DNA from: Raja brachyura
Lineage: Eukaryota
Direction: 5' to 3'
DNA: 64,000 nt
Assembly: GCA_963514005.1 (NCBI GenBank)
Contig: OY740782.1
Span: forward strand, 48,484,001 to 48,548,000
Notes under the pieces: model-generated
Told to the model about the DNA's origin: nothing
The model's input: only the letters and a program-made list of their open reading frames with translations
Databases searched by the model: none
Part shown: positions 38,301 through 53,300 of the stretch, piece by piece
Numbering within the stretch: position 1 is the stretch's first letter
Layout of the letters: each line of letters opens with the position of its first letter
Translations under genes and position numbers: made by a program

Positions 38301-41300
38301 TTGAGGGAATCAAGTTCACCTAAAAGTAAAGCAAACATCTGGAATTCAATGCCTGAAAGATAAACTGTGGCAGAAATCTCATCATAGCTATAATACCTGG
38401 CAGAGTTTTTGATGTACCACAACAGCAAAAGATAAACTTAGAGAACTGGAAAGCCAGATTAATATAATAAATCTTTTTTTGTTGCCATGGACATATTGGG
38501 GCAAAATATTACCACTTTCTATGCTTTTATGACACAAGGGCCTATAATAATTGGAAACAGTATATAGTTTGCACACTCATAAAGATGAACAAATTAGATA
38601 AGGTAATAACAAACACAAACTACCTGCAAAGAAATTACCCAGCTAATAGCAATCAAAGTACAATTGAAAGGCGAAGATTCTGTTTGATGGATCTTCGGTG
38701 CGGAAGGGCTATTACAATCATAAATAGCTTGTTATGTGCAAAATACCTTTTGCCTATCACGTTAAATTTGCATCCTCTGGTTTCCAGTCCTCTGCTTATA
38801 TTGAGAAGTTGAGAAATGTTGCAGTTTAAAAAGATTTACAACTATCTCATTACATTTGCATATTGAAGACTTAACACTTCAAGTCTATGACAAAACAAAA
38901 TGATCGACGAGAAAAAAAATCAATTGTTACGCTCTGACAATAATCGATTATGATCATTCAAAATAATTAAATGCATCGACATTGCAGTTCAAATATAAAT
39001 GCAGGTACATCATTATATAAAATATATACTTACTCTTGCATAAAAGTAAAAGGATTCGAATGAGGTACTGAAATGATCCACTGGAAGGTAACCTCGGTGC
39101 CTGTTTGTACTAATGCTGTCACATTAATGTAATCTTTAAACTTGATCACTCTAGGTGAATTGAGAATCAACAGAAGACCAGTAATGGGCTCCTCAACAAC
39201 AGCAACAGCTGCTGCTACAATAGTACTAATATTATTGGATACTGTGGCATTCAAAAGGTATTGACCAACAGCTTTGTACATATGTTGAAAAACAAAATTT
39301 GAGCAATGATATGGGGTCTCCAAGCAACTGGTTTGGGAATTAAGTTGCTGTGATTCAAAAAGGTTATTTGTTCTGTCACCATAATCTATTGAAATGATAT
39401 AGTCCTGTTTGGGCTTTATTTTCAGCATGATGTTACTGGCCTTGTTCAGAGCCACACGAACCACAGTAACAACGATGCTCATGATTGGATATTGAGCCAC
39501 TGTGGTCATGCTGGATCTGGCATGACTCACTTCATTCTGGGCCGCAACCTCCACGGTTATTAAACCAGTTGAATTTATCGTCATAATTAACTGGAAGAAA
39601 AGAGTTAAAACACTGGTTAAAATATTAAATGTACATCATAATTGTGGGTGTTCCATCAAAAATGTTTAACAAATGTATACCAAAAAAAACATTTTTTTTT
39701 GTTTGCTGGTAGATATAAATCGAAAACACAGTGCAATCCCAAATAATGGATTGGCAATTGCAATGGTTTTACAGGTGGAATTGTGATGTAAGGTTTACCC
39801 TTGCAGTTTAATGGAAGTGCAGAATGACAAGCAGTGGAGGCTATTCAGCTCTTTGATTCTGCACCACCATTTAGCATTATCTAATCTGACCATCCATTCT
39901 TGATCTCTTTAGTATTAAGAAAAACTACATCCTGCTATAAAATGTTTGCCTTCGTGGCCTTCAATTGTGGAGAATTCCACAGAGTCACCATCCTCTTGGT
40001 GAGAAATTTCTTCTGATCTCAGTTCTAAATTGTACGCATAATATTCTGCAGCTGATCCCTAATTCGGATTCTCTAGCCATTGGACATCCTGTCTGTATCA
40101 AGATACATAAAAAATCCAGATAGGATAGTTGCCAAGGGCTGCACACCTACAGTAAGGTATTCTTGCTCTTGTAAGGAAACCCTCTTACAAATGAAAACCA
40201 ATATTTAATTTGCATGCTGTACCATGAATACTTCTCTTCAGTGCCTGATGTACAAGGACATCCAGGTCTCATTACAACTTCCCTTTTCTTGATCTATTAC
40301 CATTTAGATAATAATTGTTTTTTATGTTTTGTTGAACTGGAAGTGGAAAACATATATATAGCCATATTAAATTACGTGTCATGTATCTGATTAATCTCTG
40401 AATTTGCTAAATTCACACTGGAACCTCCTTGCATTCACCTGACAGCTAACATTCCCCTCCCACTTTGCACTATCTGCAAACCTGTAGATATTCAATTTTG
40501 TTCCCTCACCCAAATCACCGATATATAATGTAAATATATGGGGACCAAACAATGATCATAAGTGATAGGCATTACTAGGCCATGCAGCCCATACTATGAC
40601 ATTCAATTATGGTTGATCAATCAATCCCTCCTCACCCATTCTCCTGCCTTCTCCCCATAGCCTCTGACACCCGTACTAATCAAGAATCTATCTATCTCTG
40701 CCTTAAAAATATCCACTGACGGCCTGCACAGCCTTCTGTAGCAAAGAATTCCACAGATTCACCACCCTCTGACTAAAGAAATTCCTCTTCATCTCCTTCA
40801 TAAAAGAACATCCTTTAATTCTGTGGCTATGACCTCTAATCCTAGACTCTCCCACTAGTGGAAACAACCTCTCCACATCCACTCTATCCAAGCTGTTCAC
40901 TATTCTGTATGTTTCAATGAGCCCCCCGCCCCATTCTTCTAAATTCCAGCGAATACTGGCCCAGTGTTGTCAAAAACTCATCATATGTTGACCTACTCAT
41001 TCCTGGGATCATTATTGTAAACCACCTCTGGACCTTCTCCAGAGCCAACACATCCTTTCTTAGATATCATTCCCCAAAATTGCTCACAATACTCCAAATG
41101 CCCTGACCAGCACCTTATAGAGCCTCAGCATTACATCCCTGTTTGTGTATATAAGCCCTCTTGAAATAAATGCTAGCATTACATTTGCTTTCTTTACCAT
41201 CAATTCAACTTGCAGTTTAACTTTTTGGGAACCTTTCACCAGCACTCCCAAGTGTCTTTGCACCTCTGATTTCTGGATTCTTTCCCCATTTAGAAAATAA

Positions 41301-44300
41301 TCTATGCCTTTATTCCTACTATAAAATGCATGACCACACTTTGCTACACTATGTTCCATCTGACACTCTCCCAACCTATCCTTCTGCAGATTCCCTGCTG
41401 TCTCTACACTACCTGCCCCTTTACCTATTTTCGTATTACCCAATTTATAGTCCTGGTTAGTGTATTACTCCTAACTTAATGTGCTTTAATTTTGCACTGC
41501 AGGGTGGGACCCTATCAAAAGTCTTCTGAAACCCCAAAACCACATCTATTGCCTCTTTTACCTATTTCTAAATCTCACAAAAATGTCATTAGCATTAAGA
41601 AAAATGTCCACGTCATTCTAAAATGCTTTATCTCCACAGCTTTCTTTGGTCGAGAATTCCACAGGTTCGCCATCTCCTGGGTGGAATATTTCTCTTGATT
41701 TCAGTTATGAAGTTCTGATTTCTCTTTCATAAACCCAGTGTTTTTGACCAATCCCATTTAAAGCATTCTCTTTCAGTATTTTTTAATGTCCCTGGTTGTA
41801 ATTTGACAATGTAACATATAACGATCACTTAAGATTAGTTACATTTGGTGATTGATCTGCACTTTGCGACCTCATGGATAACTGTCATTTGACTAAATGT
41901 CACTGCACATCTGAACTATTCAATGGTTACAAAGATTAAGTTGGAATCAAATATTTTGATTGCTGCATGATGATCCAAAATATAACTGCTGAGTATTGTG
42001 GGATCTTCAACAAAAACAGATTCCTTCAACCAGCAGGGAAATTAATTTAAATATTTTTAAAATTCTGATAATTCATAGCATCCCTTTACATTATGCTCAT
42101 AAAATGGTTATGAATGGAAATTGTTTACATCCAGAAAAAATGTTTTCTTTGTGGTTGTGAAGAGAATCATGCATTTATGTTGACATATTCTTCTTTCATT
42201 ATTAACACAACATTTACACTAAAACCTAGTACTAATAAATACAGTAATTTTTAATTATTAAGGGCTGATCTACGTAGAAATACAAACTGTGCTTAATTTA
42301 GTTATTAACACTCAGCAGAGATGAACAAATCATACTGAGGAGAGCGAGGTGCTAAATTTGAATGCTGCATTCATTAATCTGGATTGCTATTTGTTACAGC
42401 AGTCCATTAAATGCTCCATCAGTAATTGCTGAATCCCACCAAACACTTTACTGATTCAGGATCAATGGCAGATTTCTTACATTTAACCTATTTCTAGCAC
42501 TCCAGTATTCCTCCAGATTCCAATGACATGCCTGATCCCAGGCAGACTAGCTGCAGTTAGTCCATTTCAAGCCTTCGTGGCATCTCTGACCTGGTCCAAT
42601 GCGGCAGCTGTAATAATGGGTCCTGAACACCATAAAAGTTTCTGCACCTCATCACAAATATTAACCTAGTTCAAAGGATATCTGCCTAAATGACAAGGTT
42701 AGGCACTCAATGAACTGGAAATCAATCTTACACCTTGATCATTCATAGTACCATGTCAGCATTTCGTAAGTACAGTCCCTACTCCAGTTACATCATACCT
42801 GGTTTGGACCTACGACAGTATGATTCATTTTGCCGTCTGAGTAAAGCCACAGAAATATATAGTTTGATCCACTTGTAAGTTTTGCAGTCCATTTTGCAAC
42901 AGAAGGCTGAAGTGGGCTGTTGAAATAAAAAGATGGAGGTAGATTTAGAGAAGACAGATTGAAACAAGCAAGGCCGGTTGGAACTATCTACATCAATTTA
43001 AATGGAGGATCATTTCTAGCCACTTGAATGAACAGGTGACATTTCTTTTATAGCAGTATAAAATGTCAGTAAGATTGGATGCTAAAATAATTTAGAATGG
43101 TTTGAAAGCATGACAGTAGTTTCAGGAGCAGCATTCATACAAGCTAATGTAGAGTACATATATAAAGCATGAACATTTGGCGTCATATCCATGAAATGGA
43201 TCTATGTCAATTTTATTAATTTACGGAATATGAGTATTTCACAAGGCCAGCATTCAATAGCAATTGTTAATTGCCCAGTTGAAAGTGGTGATGTGCTGTT
43301 TTCTTGAATTACTACAGTTTTTCTGGTGGGTGCCGCACACTCACAGTACTGGTAGGCATGAAGGTCTAAAATATAGATTTAGCACTGGTGAACGAATGGT
43401 GATATATTTCCAGCTTGCTGGGTCTAAATCCTGGAACATCATCCCATGAAATGAAACAGTCCATGCCTCAATGGATCAATACTCAAACTGCATTGCTGCT
43501 TTCAGGCGTGTATAGATATGTAAGGAGTAATATCCAGGAATCACAAGAGCACAGTAATGCAGTAACTTTCATTGCTTACCTTCTGCATACAGTAACACTA
43601 CCGTCCCTAACATTAACATATGGGGGCTCATTATTGACCAAAGTCTTAGCTAGATCAGCCATGTACACTGTGTTTTACAATCCACAATGATTTTCTATCA
43701 TCTGTGTGGAGTGTAAAGGATGACCTTCTACTTGCCTGGTTTTGGCATTTGTTTCTGTGGCACACATTCTACTTGCCATTTCAAAGCCCATGGCTGACTG
43801 TTGTCTTGGTCATGCTGCCTCAAGGAGTGAACTACTTTATTTTCTGTCCTTTCTCCCAGCAATATCCCATGTAAGCAAAGGAGAGGCACCAACTGCCCAT
43901 TAATTTCCTCCTGCACCGCTACCTAGGCCCAAACGATTATTCTATATGTCACAAAGATTTTCACGTAATTCCTTAAACAAGGGAATGGAGGGGACATCAC
44001 TTTTATGAGCACCTTCTTTCTATGTGCAATCTTGTCATTCTTATCTCTACTCCCACTTTGACTGGAATAATTTGAACTGAGGGGTAACATAATCTGACCT
44101 TTTATTTTAAGTGTTTTACCCCAATCTAGCATAGGCTCATTATCAGATCAAAGATACTATGATGAATTCAGCCATTGACAGTTGATATGTTTTCATCTGA
44201 TATTGTTACCAAGAGCACCCTTTCCACCATAAATTGGGATTATCTGGTGCAACACCACAATTAAACTGATCTGAAGAAGGGTCTCGACCCAAAATGTCAC

Positions 44301-47300
44301 CCATTCCTTCTCCAGAAATGCTGCCTGTCCCGCTGAGTTACTCCAGCATTTTGTGACTACCACAATTAAAAATATATACTTTGCAGATTTTATTTATTTG
44401 AGATGGGATAAGCCGAATACAAGTCCAAGGAAGCACAGGTTCAAGGTTTTATAAATGTCATTTTATATTTACCATGGGAGTAATTCATAGATGTAGTTCG
44501 CAGTAATGTAGGTTATTCTAAGTGCTGATCTGAGTTTACCTTGTAGATAGGCTCAAGAATTTTGGACCAGTAAGGCGGAGGTCTCCAATAACATCCTGGG
44601 TTACAATGGTTGAAGACAATGTAGCAAGATTCTTACTGAAGAAGGCAACAACACTGTATATTCCAGCAAATGAGTAAGTGTGGTTGATGATGAAACTATA
44701 AAATATTTTTGTCAGCAAAAACAGAACAAGTAAATTGAGAAAGTTAATAATTACATAATTTCCAGAACAATTTATATGTGACCTTAATATTCTGGCTAAT
44801 TATGTCGTATTATTCTATAAAATCCTTTTAACAATCAGATATGAAAAATGATCACTCCTTCAGAAGCATGTTGAATGTACAATTATACACCGTGCAATTG
44901 TTAGTACGTGAACACACCAAGATTTGTATTTACAAAATAGTACATTTTTACAACAATTTAATAGGTTTACTGCTGAAGACATTGTTTTTTTTAAATTCTC
45001 TTGCACTACGTATCAGCATATAACCTTGTGTTATCCCTAATTCATTTTTGCGTGCAAGTAACCCCATTGACAGAAGATAGCTTTGACTGTTAAACCTTAT
45101 TCTGTAACAGCCATATGCATAATTTTCAATGGTGATGAATCACTAACAATCAAAAGTGGGAACCCTAGAAGATTTTTTGGCAGATATTAAATGTAAAATA
45201 CAGTTTATCTAAACAACAGCTACTGCCTAAATACTTAAATATGTCCAGTATTTGATAAATGCCTGAGAAAATAGATGTTGACACAAATAGCACTTAAGAG
45301 ATGTGATTAAGCAATTAAAGAATCTTCTCAAAAGTGTTGAAAGGAAAACTGGAGATAAAGCTGTGGAGAAATGAAGAGATTGCTGCCAGTTGCCCAAGCC
45401 TCTGACATTCATGGGATAATTAAAACTCAGTTGGACAGTTGGAAATAGAATGCAACAAGACCTGGGTGTCATGGTACACCGGTCATTGAAAGTAGCCATG
45501 CAGGTGCAGCAGGCAGTGAAGAAAGCGAATGGTATGTTAGCATTCATAGCAAAAGGATTTGAGGATAGGAGCAGGGAGGTTCTACTGCAGTTGTACAGGG
45601 TCTTGGTGAGACCACACCTGGAGTATTGCGTACAGTTTTGGTCTCCAAATCTGAGGAAAGACATTTTTGCCATAGAGGGAGTACAGAGAAGGTTCACCAG
45701 ACTGATTCCTGGGATGGCAGGACTTTCATATGAAGAAATACTGGATAGACTCGTCTTGTACTCACTAGAATTTAGAAGATTGAGGGGGGAAATTTACAAA
45801 ATTCTTAAGGGGTTGGACAGGCTAGATGCAGGATGATTGTTCCCGATGTTGGTAGAAGTCCAGAACAAGGGGTCACAGTTTAAGGATAAGGGGGAAGTCT
45901 TTTAGGACCGAGATGAGAAAAAAAAATTCACACAGAAAGTGGTGAATCTGTGGAATTCTCTGCCAGAGAAAGTAGTTGAGGCCAGTTCATTAGCTACATT
46001 TAAGAGGGAGTTAGATGTGGCCCTTGTGGCTAAAGGGATCAGGGGGTATGGAGAGAAGGCAGGTACAGGATACTGAGTAGGATGATCAGCCATGATCATA
46101 TTGAATGGCGATGCAGGCTTGAAGGGCCGAATGGCCTACTCCTGCACCTATTTTTCTATGTTTCTATGTTCAGTCCCAACAGTTTACCTTACACCATTTC
46201 CTGATTCCCTTCAGTTTCTCCCTCCCATTAGATCCTCAGTCCCCTAGTATTTCTGGGAGATTGTTTGTGTCTTCCTTAATGATAGAAAAAAGGAAACAAG
46301 TAAACAGAAGAAAATGGTGAAAATACTAACAACCAACTTCCACATAAGTCTTGGGAAAGGATGCAACAGACAATTTTAATGCACCTATTTTCTATGTTTC
46401 TATGTTGCACAAAGCTGTGGGGTGATGTTGTGCAAAAATGATTCATGAACTGTGAGAGGCTGACATACGGATTTAGTATTGCAATGAGATTTGATGCCTA
46501 TTGGCAAGGCCAGAATTTTCAGCCGCCTAGAATTTGAAAAATCAAAAATTTACCAGTGAGGAGGTTGATCAATTTTAGGCTAATAATGAAGATGAAAGAT
46601 GCATCTAGTTTCATGATCAGATTGGCCTAGGATTTCTACTCAAGAGCTATGCAATGGTGTTTTTGAAGGAACATTTATGAACATGTTCGGAGCCACATCA
46701 ATGTAACTAAGAATCTCGAAAACTATAATTGCCCTGAAGTAATCATCCTCGGTTGTCTTTTCAAATTAAAATTATTGTATAACAAAACAAACCATAGGTT
46801 GAAAAACAAGACACTAATTATCAAATTGAAACCAAACAGATGATAATATTCAATCATGATAAAATGGAAGCTATATTGTGCAGCTACACAGTGCCGGATT
46901 TAGATCAGCCTAGGACCTCTCGTCGCCCTAGGCTATTCAACTTGTGAGGCCCCTCCCAATCCACACCCCCATGACTAGAGGAAGATGGAAGAGTGTTTTA
47001 AATAATTTGAGTAAAGCCAAGGATGATGACGGGTGCTTAAAATTCCGCAATTCCTTCTCTAAAGGACATAAAATGTTATTGTTAAATACCATAGTGATTG
47101 AAAAAAATTGCATAAATCTTAAAATTAACACTGTGAAAAGCTTTTGCTATAACCGAACTTCGTAAACATTTTGTGGAATACGCAGGAATTTTTTAGGAAA
47201 ATAAAATTGTAAGTTTACTGTTATATTTACTGTAAGATTACTGTTCTATCACTCCACTTGAGTGAGGGAAAAAGAAATTCTGTATATTTGGGAAATATTT

Positions 47301-50300
47301 CTTAAAGAATTGTTCCTTTTTGACAATTATATTTCAGAATCAAATCTGAATCAAATCTGATTCCAAAAACTGTTTACAAAACGAGTATGCTTTTTCCTAT
47401 CGTTAATGAAGATGCTACAAATAAGCTTAGTTTTATTACTAACCTGACAGTAGCAGCCACAGCACTACGCAGTAGGTTTCTAGCAATGATTATCAGCTCT
47501 GCCCCTAGCATTGCTCCTGGCCAACTTCCTAGTTGAAATATCTTTGCACTTTCCTACTTGCCCCTGAGTTGTGACTTTTGAAGCCTGCAAGTATCCAAAT
47601 ATGTTCCCTGCACCCGCCATCGCTGCCTACTGGAGCACGTGTGAAAGTTTGCCGGACCCCGGTTCCACCAGATTGACACCGATGTGCAGCCGAGCGTGGC
47701 CGATGAAATAAGGGGCTGGAAAGAGGCGCTTTTAAAACATTTATTTATTGCCAGTGCTAGTGTCGAGGTATCGGTTTAAAACAGTATTATTCTGAAATGG
47801 AGGGCAAGGAAAATTACAGAATGGTTGTTCAGAGACTACAGTGCATTGTGACAGCATATGCAAGAAAGGCCTATGACAAAAAGTGTCAAAAATATTATAC
47901 ACCTTGGCCTGAGGCCCCCTAGATTTTGAGGCCTTAGGTTTCAGCCTGCCAAGCCTATAGGTAAATCCGGCACTGCAGCTACACTTACAGCATATACTCA
48001 GCTATTCCTGGATGAATCTGCATCCATCACTTATTATTTTCTTGTCTGCATTCTTCCTATTGCTCAATGTTTTTCTTCTGTTTCTTATTAAATGTGAAAA
48101 TGGTACTTCTGTACCTACTACAATTGGAAGTTGAAATGTTTGTTGTAGTCCCATCACCAAACAGGATAACAGCTTCATCCATGTCGAACGAAATATTCTG
48201 TGAGAAGAGAGTTTAAGTTATTTAAAGAAATATAATGGGAACGTCAAGATTAGAGACTGATGACTATAGAAAGAAAAATAAGTATGAGTGAGGCAAAATT
48301 CAGCTGAAGATTAAAAAACGTGGCCAAATTGAAAATATCTACCATGCATCCATTATCAGAATGGGAGGCAGAAGAAACAAAAATAGAGGAACAAAGGCAA
48401 GTTTGAAAAGAAAACAGAATGCAGCAGATGACTGGGAAAAAAAGAAAGTACAGGGGTAACTGACAATGTCCAAGGAAAAGAAGAAAGAACGGTTAGGGAA
48501 TGAGGAGATAATGAGGCAGATAAACAGGAATAAATGGGAAGGATACAGAAACAAATGGTAGGTGGTGAAGAAAGACAAAGCATGAAGAGGCAGAAATACT
48601 TTCTGATCACAAATCTCTTTCCGCTTTGGTTTAGATTCACTTTCTTTGTGATATGGGCTTAATTTTCAAGATAACGTACCAATTTTATTTATCTTCCTTT
48701 CTTGGATCTGCCCATCTGCTTCTCAGCAGATAGACCAGCCAAAAATAATTCATTGCAAATCCTCAGTTATTGAGACTATACTTCCTCCCACCCTGCCTGC
48801 CCTATTAAAGGACTCCTAGTTTCTCCATCTCTACTGCTTTTACTCCAATCATGTAACTATTCCTTCTTACTGAACCATGGCTCTCCCTCAACCATAGTGG
48901 ACAGAGCCTATATATTTCAACATCTTCCCTCTCACACCCTCACTTGGACAAAGGAAATAATTGCACAAGGCCTACTTACCATGCCCTTGTAAATTAATAT
49001 GTCTATTTTTTCCCCCATTTTCTTACCGTGAGAACTTAAGGGTTACGCAAATAGCTTACTATAGTTGGCAAAATGTGATACTTTAACTCCACCTTTTACG
49101 TTTATAACATATGGAGCTGCCATCTCTCTCGGGTTATGCTGGAAACTTCAATGTTTAGCGACTATTGTTCTTTAAACAAGCTAGGAGAAATTTAATTTTA
49201 ATTTTCTGATTGCCACAAATCAGTTATTGGATGACACAGATGTCTGTTCTTTTCCAACTTATCTGAGGAGATTGTGCACTGTACACATGCCGCCGATTAC
49301 AAGGGTGGGGTGAAGTGTGTTATATTGTTACAATTGAAACAATAGAGACTGGAAGAGCGAGGTTATAAGATAAAACCACAATTTGCTCTCAATGAATAGG
49401 GCTAGAACCTGCAATTTTAATGCACCTTTCATCATTCATGTAACAAATATTGAAATTCATTACCATAGCTTATATTTCTTGATAACTGATCACAACCAAT
49501 CCAGGCTTATTTACATTTTAGGATGGGAAATATCATAAACAACGGTAACAATTGTAATCTTCACAGTCCTGAATAAAAATCGTCATTAATCTTTGCAATA
49601 GGAATGATATTTTCTTTTATGGGTTTCAGTTGTATTTCTATAGAAACATATAAGATTATTAAGGGTTTGGACACGCTAGAGGCAGGAAACATGTTCAGTC
49701 AAGTCAAGTCAAACAAACTTTATTGTCATTTAGAAATACATTGATATATGCAGTTCCAAACGAAATTCCGTTGCATTTGGCTCCTTGTGCAACACGATAA
49801 ATTAACAGAAGGATAGGCATGGATAAAATGGATAAAAAGGATAAAAGGATAAATAGACAATGGTGGCAGCCCATTTCCTTTCGGAGTCACGTGATTGACT
49901 TCGTGAAGAACCCGCCAGCACGCACGCGCGACATATCGTCGCTACGCATTTGCAGTCGACGGCTGGATGTGGAGCGTGGCTCACCACCAGCCCTATCATA
50001 AGGGCCACTCAGGTAAGTACAGGCAACCTTGAGCTGGTTGTCCCTGTTGTTTGAATATTTTCTCTCCAACAGGGACATGGATAAGAGGAGTACGGGCCGC
50101 AGGACGTCCGAAAGGAGTCGCTGGCCGCCAATCCCGGAGCTCTCTTCAACGACAGCAACCGCTAGACGGGCCGGGAAAAAGGCGTGAAAATCGGGGAACC
50201 CTGTGTTCACAGGACCCGAACCACCGACACAGCTGTGCACAAGCGGGGTTCCCGCAGAGCAGGAAGTCGGTACGGCGCCGGAGCAGGTAGACCCTGACTC

Positions 50301-53300
50301 CATTTCATTATCGCCAACAGGATCGTTGGCTGATGTGAGCAAACGGGTTTCACGTGCTGCTGCACAGCCCTTCTCCCTGAGCCCTCGTGGAAGAGCCAGG
50401 GATAGAGTCGACAACCTAGCCCTTTTCGGGCAGAGGTTTCACCAGAGGCCGCTAGATTGCGGACTGGTGGATTAGCAAGACCCGAGTCCACTGGCAGACC
50501 AGGGAGGGCCAGTGTAGACTCACCACCTAGTTGAACCAGGAGGAGTCACGCAGATGGAGTCTCGCCATGGTCACCGCATACCCCGTTGGCGGCAGGACGG
50601 GACCGTACGCCGTCTGGGTCCAGGAAAAGGACAGTCGGCAAGCCCGCACGGATGTCGGGTCACCACGCTGCGGCGTTGGGTGCCGACTTCACACCGCATA
50701 TGCCCTTAGTGGCAGCCGGGCCTAGCTCAGCCAAAAGGAGGCGTATGAGCAGATCCGCGCGGGAGTCGTTCAGTTTCGCTGAGGCGGCTGGCAGCGACTT
50801 TTCGTCACGGCACCGAGATTACCTCGACGAGGTACGGGCCGATGATAGGAGCCTCAGAAGTTCCTTCGGGCATGAGGACTCTGACCGCCCATTCACGCAC
50901 GATGAAGGGCGCATTGATCGGATGGAGAGGATAATGGAACAAATCCTGCAGCAAAATCAACGGCTGGAAACATTCAGTTCCAGGGGACTCATGGACATAT
51001 CCCCATCATCAATGGATAGCATGAGGCAGCCAGAAGAAGAGGATATCTTGGTACACGTACCAGTAGCACCTGAGGTCCCTCAGGAAGAACTCCTGGACGT
51101 GGCAGCCAAGTTTGCGTTACCCGAATCATCGGGACAACCCCTCAATACCAAACTGGCCGCTACCATTGATTTCCTCACCAACCATCAGCTACAGGAGCAG
51201 GTCCTCGCGGAGGCCATGAACAGACACAACGCACCGAGTAATTGTAACTCGCTCAATGTGCCTATTGTGAACATGCCTATTTGGGGCAATATTAGCCCAG
51301 GCATTAGAGCACAGGAAGTGAAGTTACAAAGAATCCTGAAACTGCTCACATCTGGGATTACCGCTTTTGCGAGGTCGGTGGACGGTGTGGACATGAACAC
51401 CGAACAAGATGATGCTCTGGCACTGCTATGCAACACGCAATATGAGATAAATGCGTTTCGGAAAAGCATCATCAAGCCTACATTAAACCCCAAATTTGTG
51501 GGGCTATGCAGATCACCCCCAACACCACCACCCAGACAGCTATTCGGAGAAGACCTCCCGAAGCAGGTCAAGGATTTAGATGACCATGCCAAGACAGTGG
51601 GTCTTATGAGGTCACACACCTTGACCAGACAAACGGCCAGGAAAACATCATATTTCAGGCCACGAGGTCAAACCGAAAGGCCAGCAAGGACCTATGTTCC
51701 GGCGCCTCCACAATACCAACAGTCTCAACAGCCCAGGCCTTTTTTTTAGGGCAAGGCCCACAGCGGCCAGCATGGAAGATGCGGTTTCCGCATCACCAGC
51801 ACAACCCAGCACCTCCACGTCCCACCAAACATGTCAGGGACCGCCGATAACCATGAAGGTAAGGCGGTCTGGATTTCATGCACTTGCATGTCTAACCTCA
51901 CATGTTGGGGGTAGACTACGTTTTTTTAAGGAGGCATGGGAAACCATCACCTCAGATGAGTTTATCTTACAAAGTATTCAAGGCCATGAGATTGAGTTCA
52001 TAAATGGTCAAATTCCTCCACCTCAGCATATGCCGAATCGCAAATTTGCACTTTCCAGGAAGGAAACAGCAGTAGGCTATGCTGAAATCTTGAGACTACA
52101 AGGGAAAGGCGTGATAGAAAGAACTATACACGAACCAATTGAATTTTTATCTAACATATTCACAAAAACCAAGAAAGATGGTGGATGTTGGGTCATTATA
52201 GATCTAACCCATTTGAATACTTTTGTAAAATATACCCATTTCAAAATGGACACGTTCGAAACAGCCAAATCTTTGATTTCTGAGGGCTACTTCATGGCAT
52301 GCATTGATTTAAAAGATGCATACTATTCAGTATCCATTCAGAAACATCACAGGAAGTTCTTGAAGTTTACCTGGATGGGTCAACTTTGGCAATACAAAGC
52401 TTTGCCCAATGGGCTTGCCACAGCCCCCAGATTGTTTACTAAATTACTCAAGCCAGTGCTAGCAACACTGAGGAGGCAAAATCATATGGTTATGGCTTAC
52501 CTGGATGATATCCTAATCATTGGGAATACACTGGAATCAGCAAAATTGGCAGTTTCAGCCACTGTGGAAATATTTCAAAAAATGGGATTTATTATCCATC
52601 CAGATAAATCAAAGTTCTGTCCTTCACAGATCATGGACTATCTGGGATTCACGGTGGATTCCAATCGCATGATTGCCACCATACCAACTAACAAAGTTGT
52701 GGATATCATTCAAGCATGTAAGAATCTGGTCTGCGCCAGTATACCATCAATCAGACAAACTGCTAAGGTGATTGGGAAAATCGAAGCAGTTTTTCCAGCT
52801 GCTCAATTCGGACCTTTACATTATCAAAATTTGCAAAGATCCAAGATTTCAGCGTTAAAATTGAATGCTGGACATTTTGATAGACCTATGCAGCTGCCAC
52901 TTAAGGCAAAAATTGAGTTACAATGGTGGATTGATAATATCCATAACTCATTTAAACCCATCATTGTGCCTCGTCCGGTGGTATACTTACAAACAGACGC
53001 AAGCTCCCATTGCTGGGGAGCTACGGACAACTACACTAGTTGCGGAGGCAGATGGGACACCCTTGAATCTACCCTGTTGTTATCACAAGGGATAAATTAT
53101 TTGGAGATGCTAGGAGCATTCCACGGACTTAGAGCTTATTGTTCAAACTTTACTGACACTCATGTCCGTCTCCAAATAGACAATACCACTGCGGTGGCAT
53201 ATCTAAATCATATGGGCGGTACCAGGTCAATTTCGTGTGATGAATTGGCAAATACAATTTGGCTCTGGTGCATACAACGGAATATTTGGATTTCAGCTAC

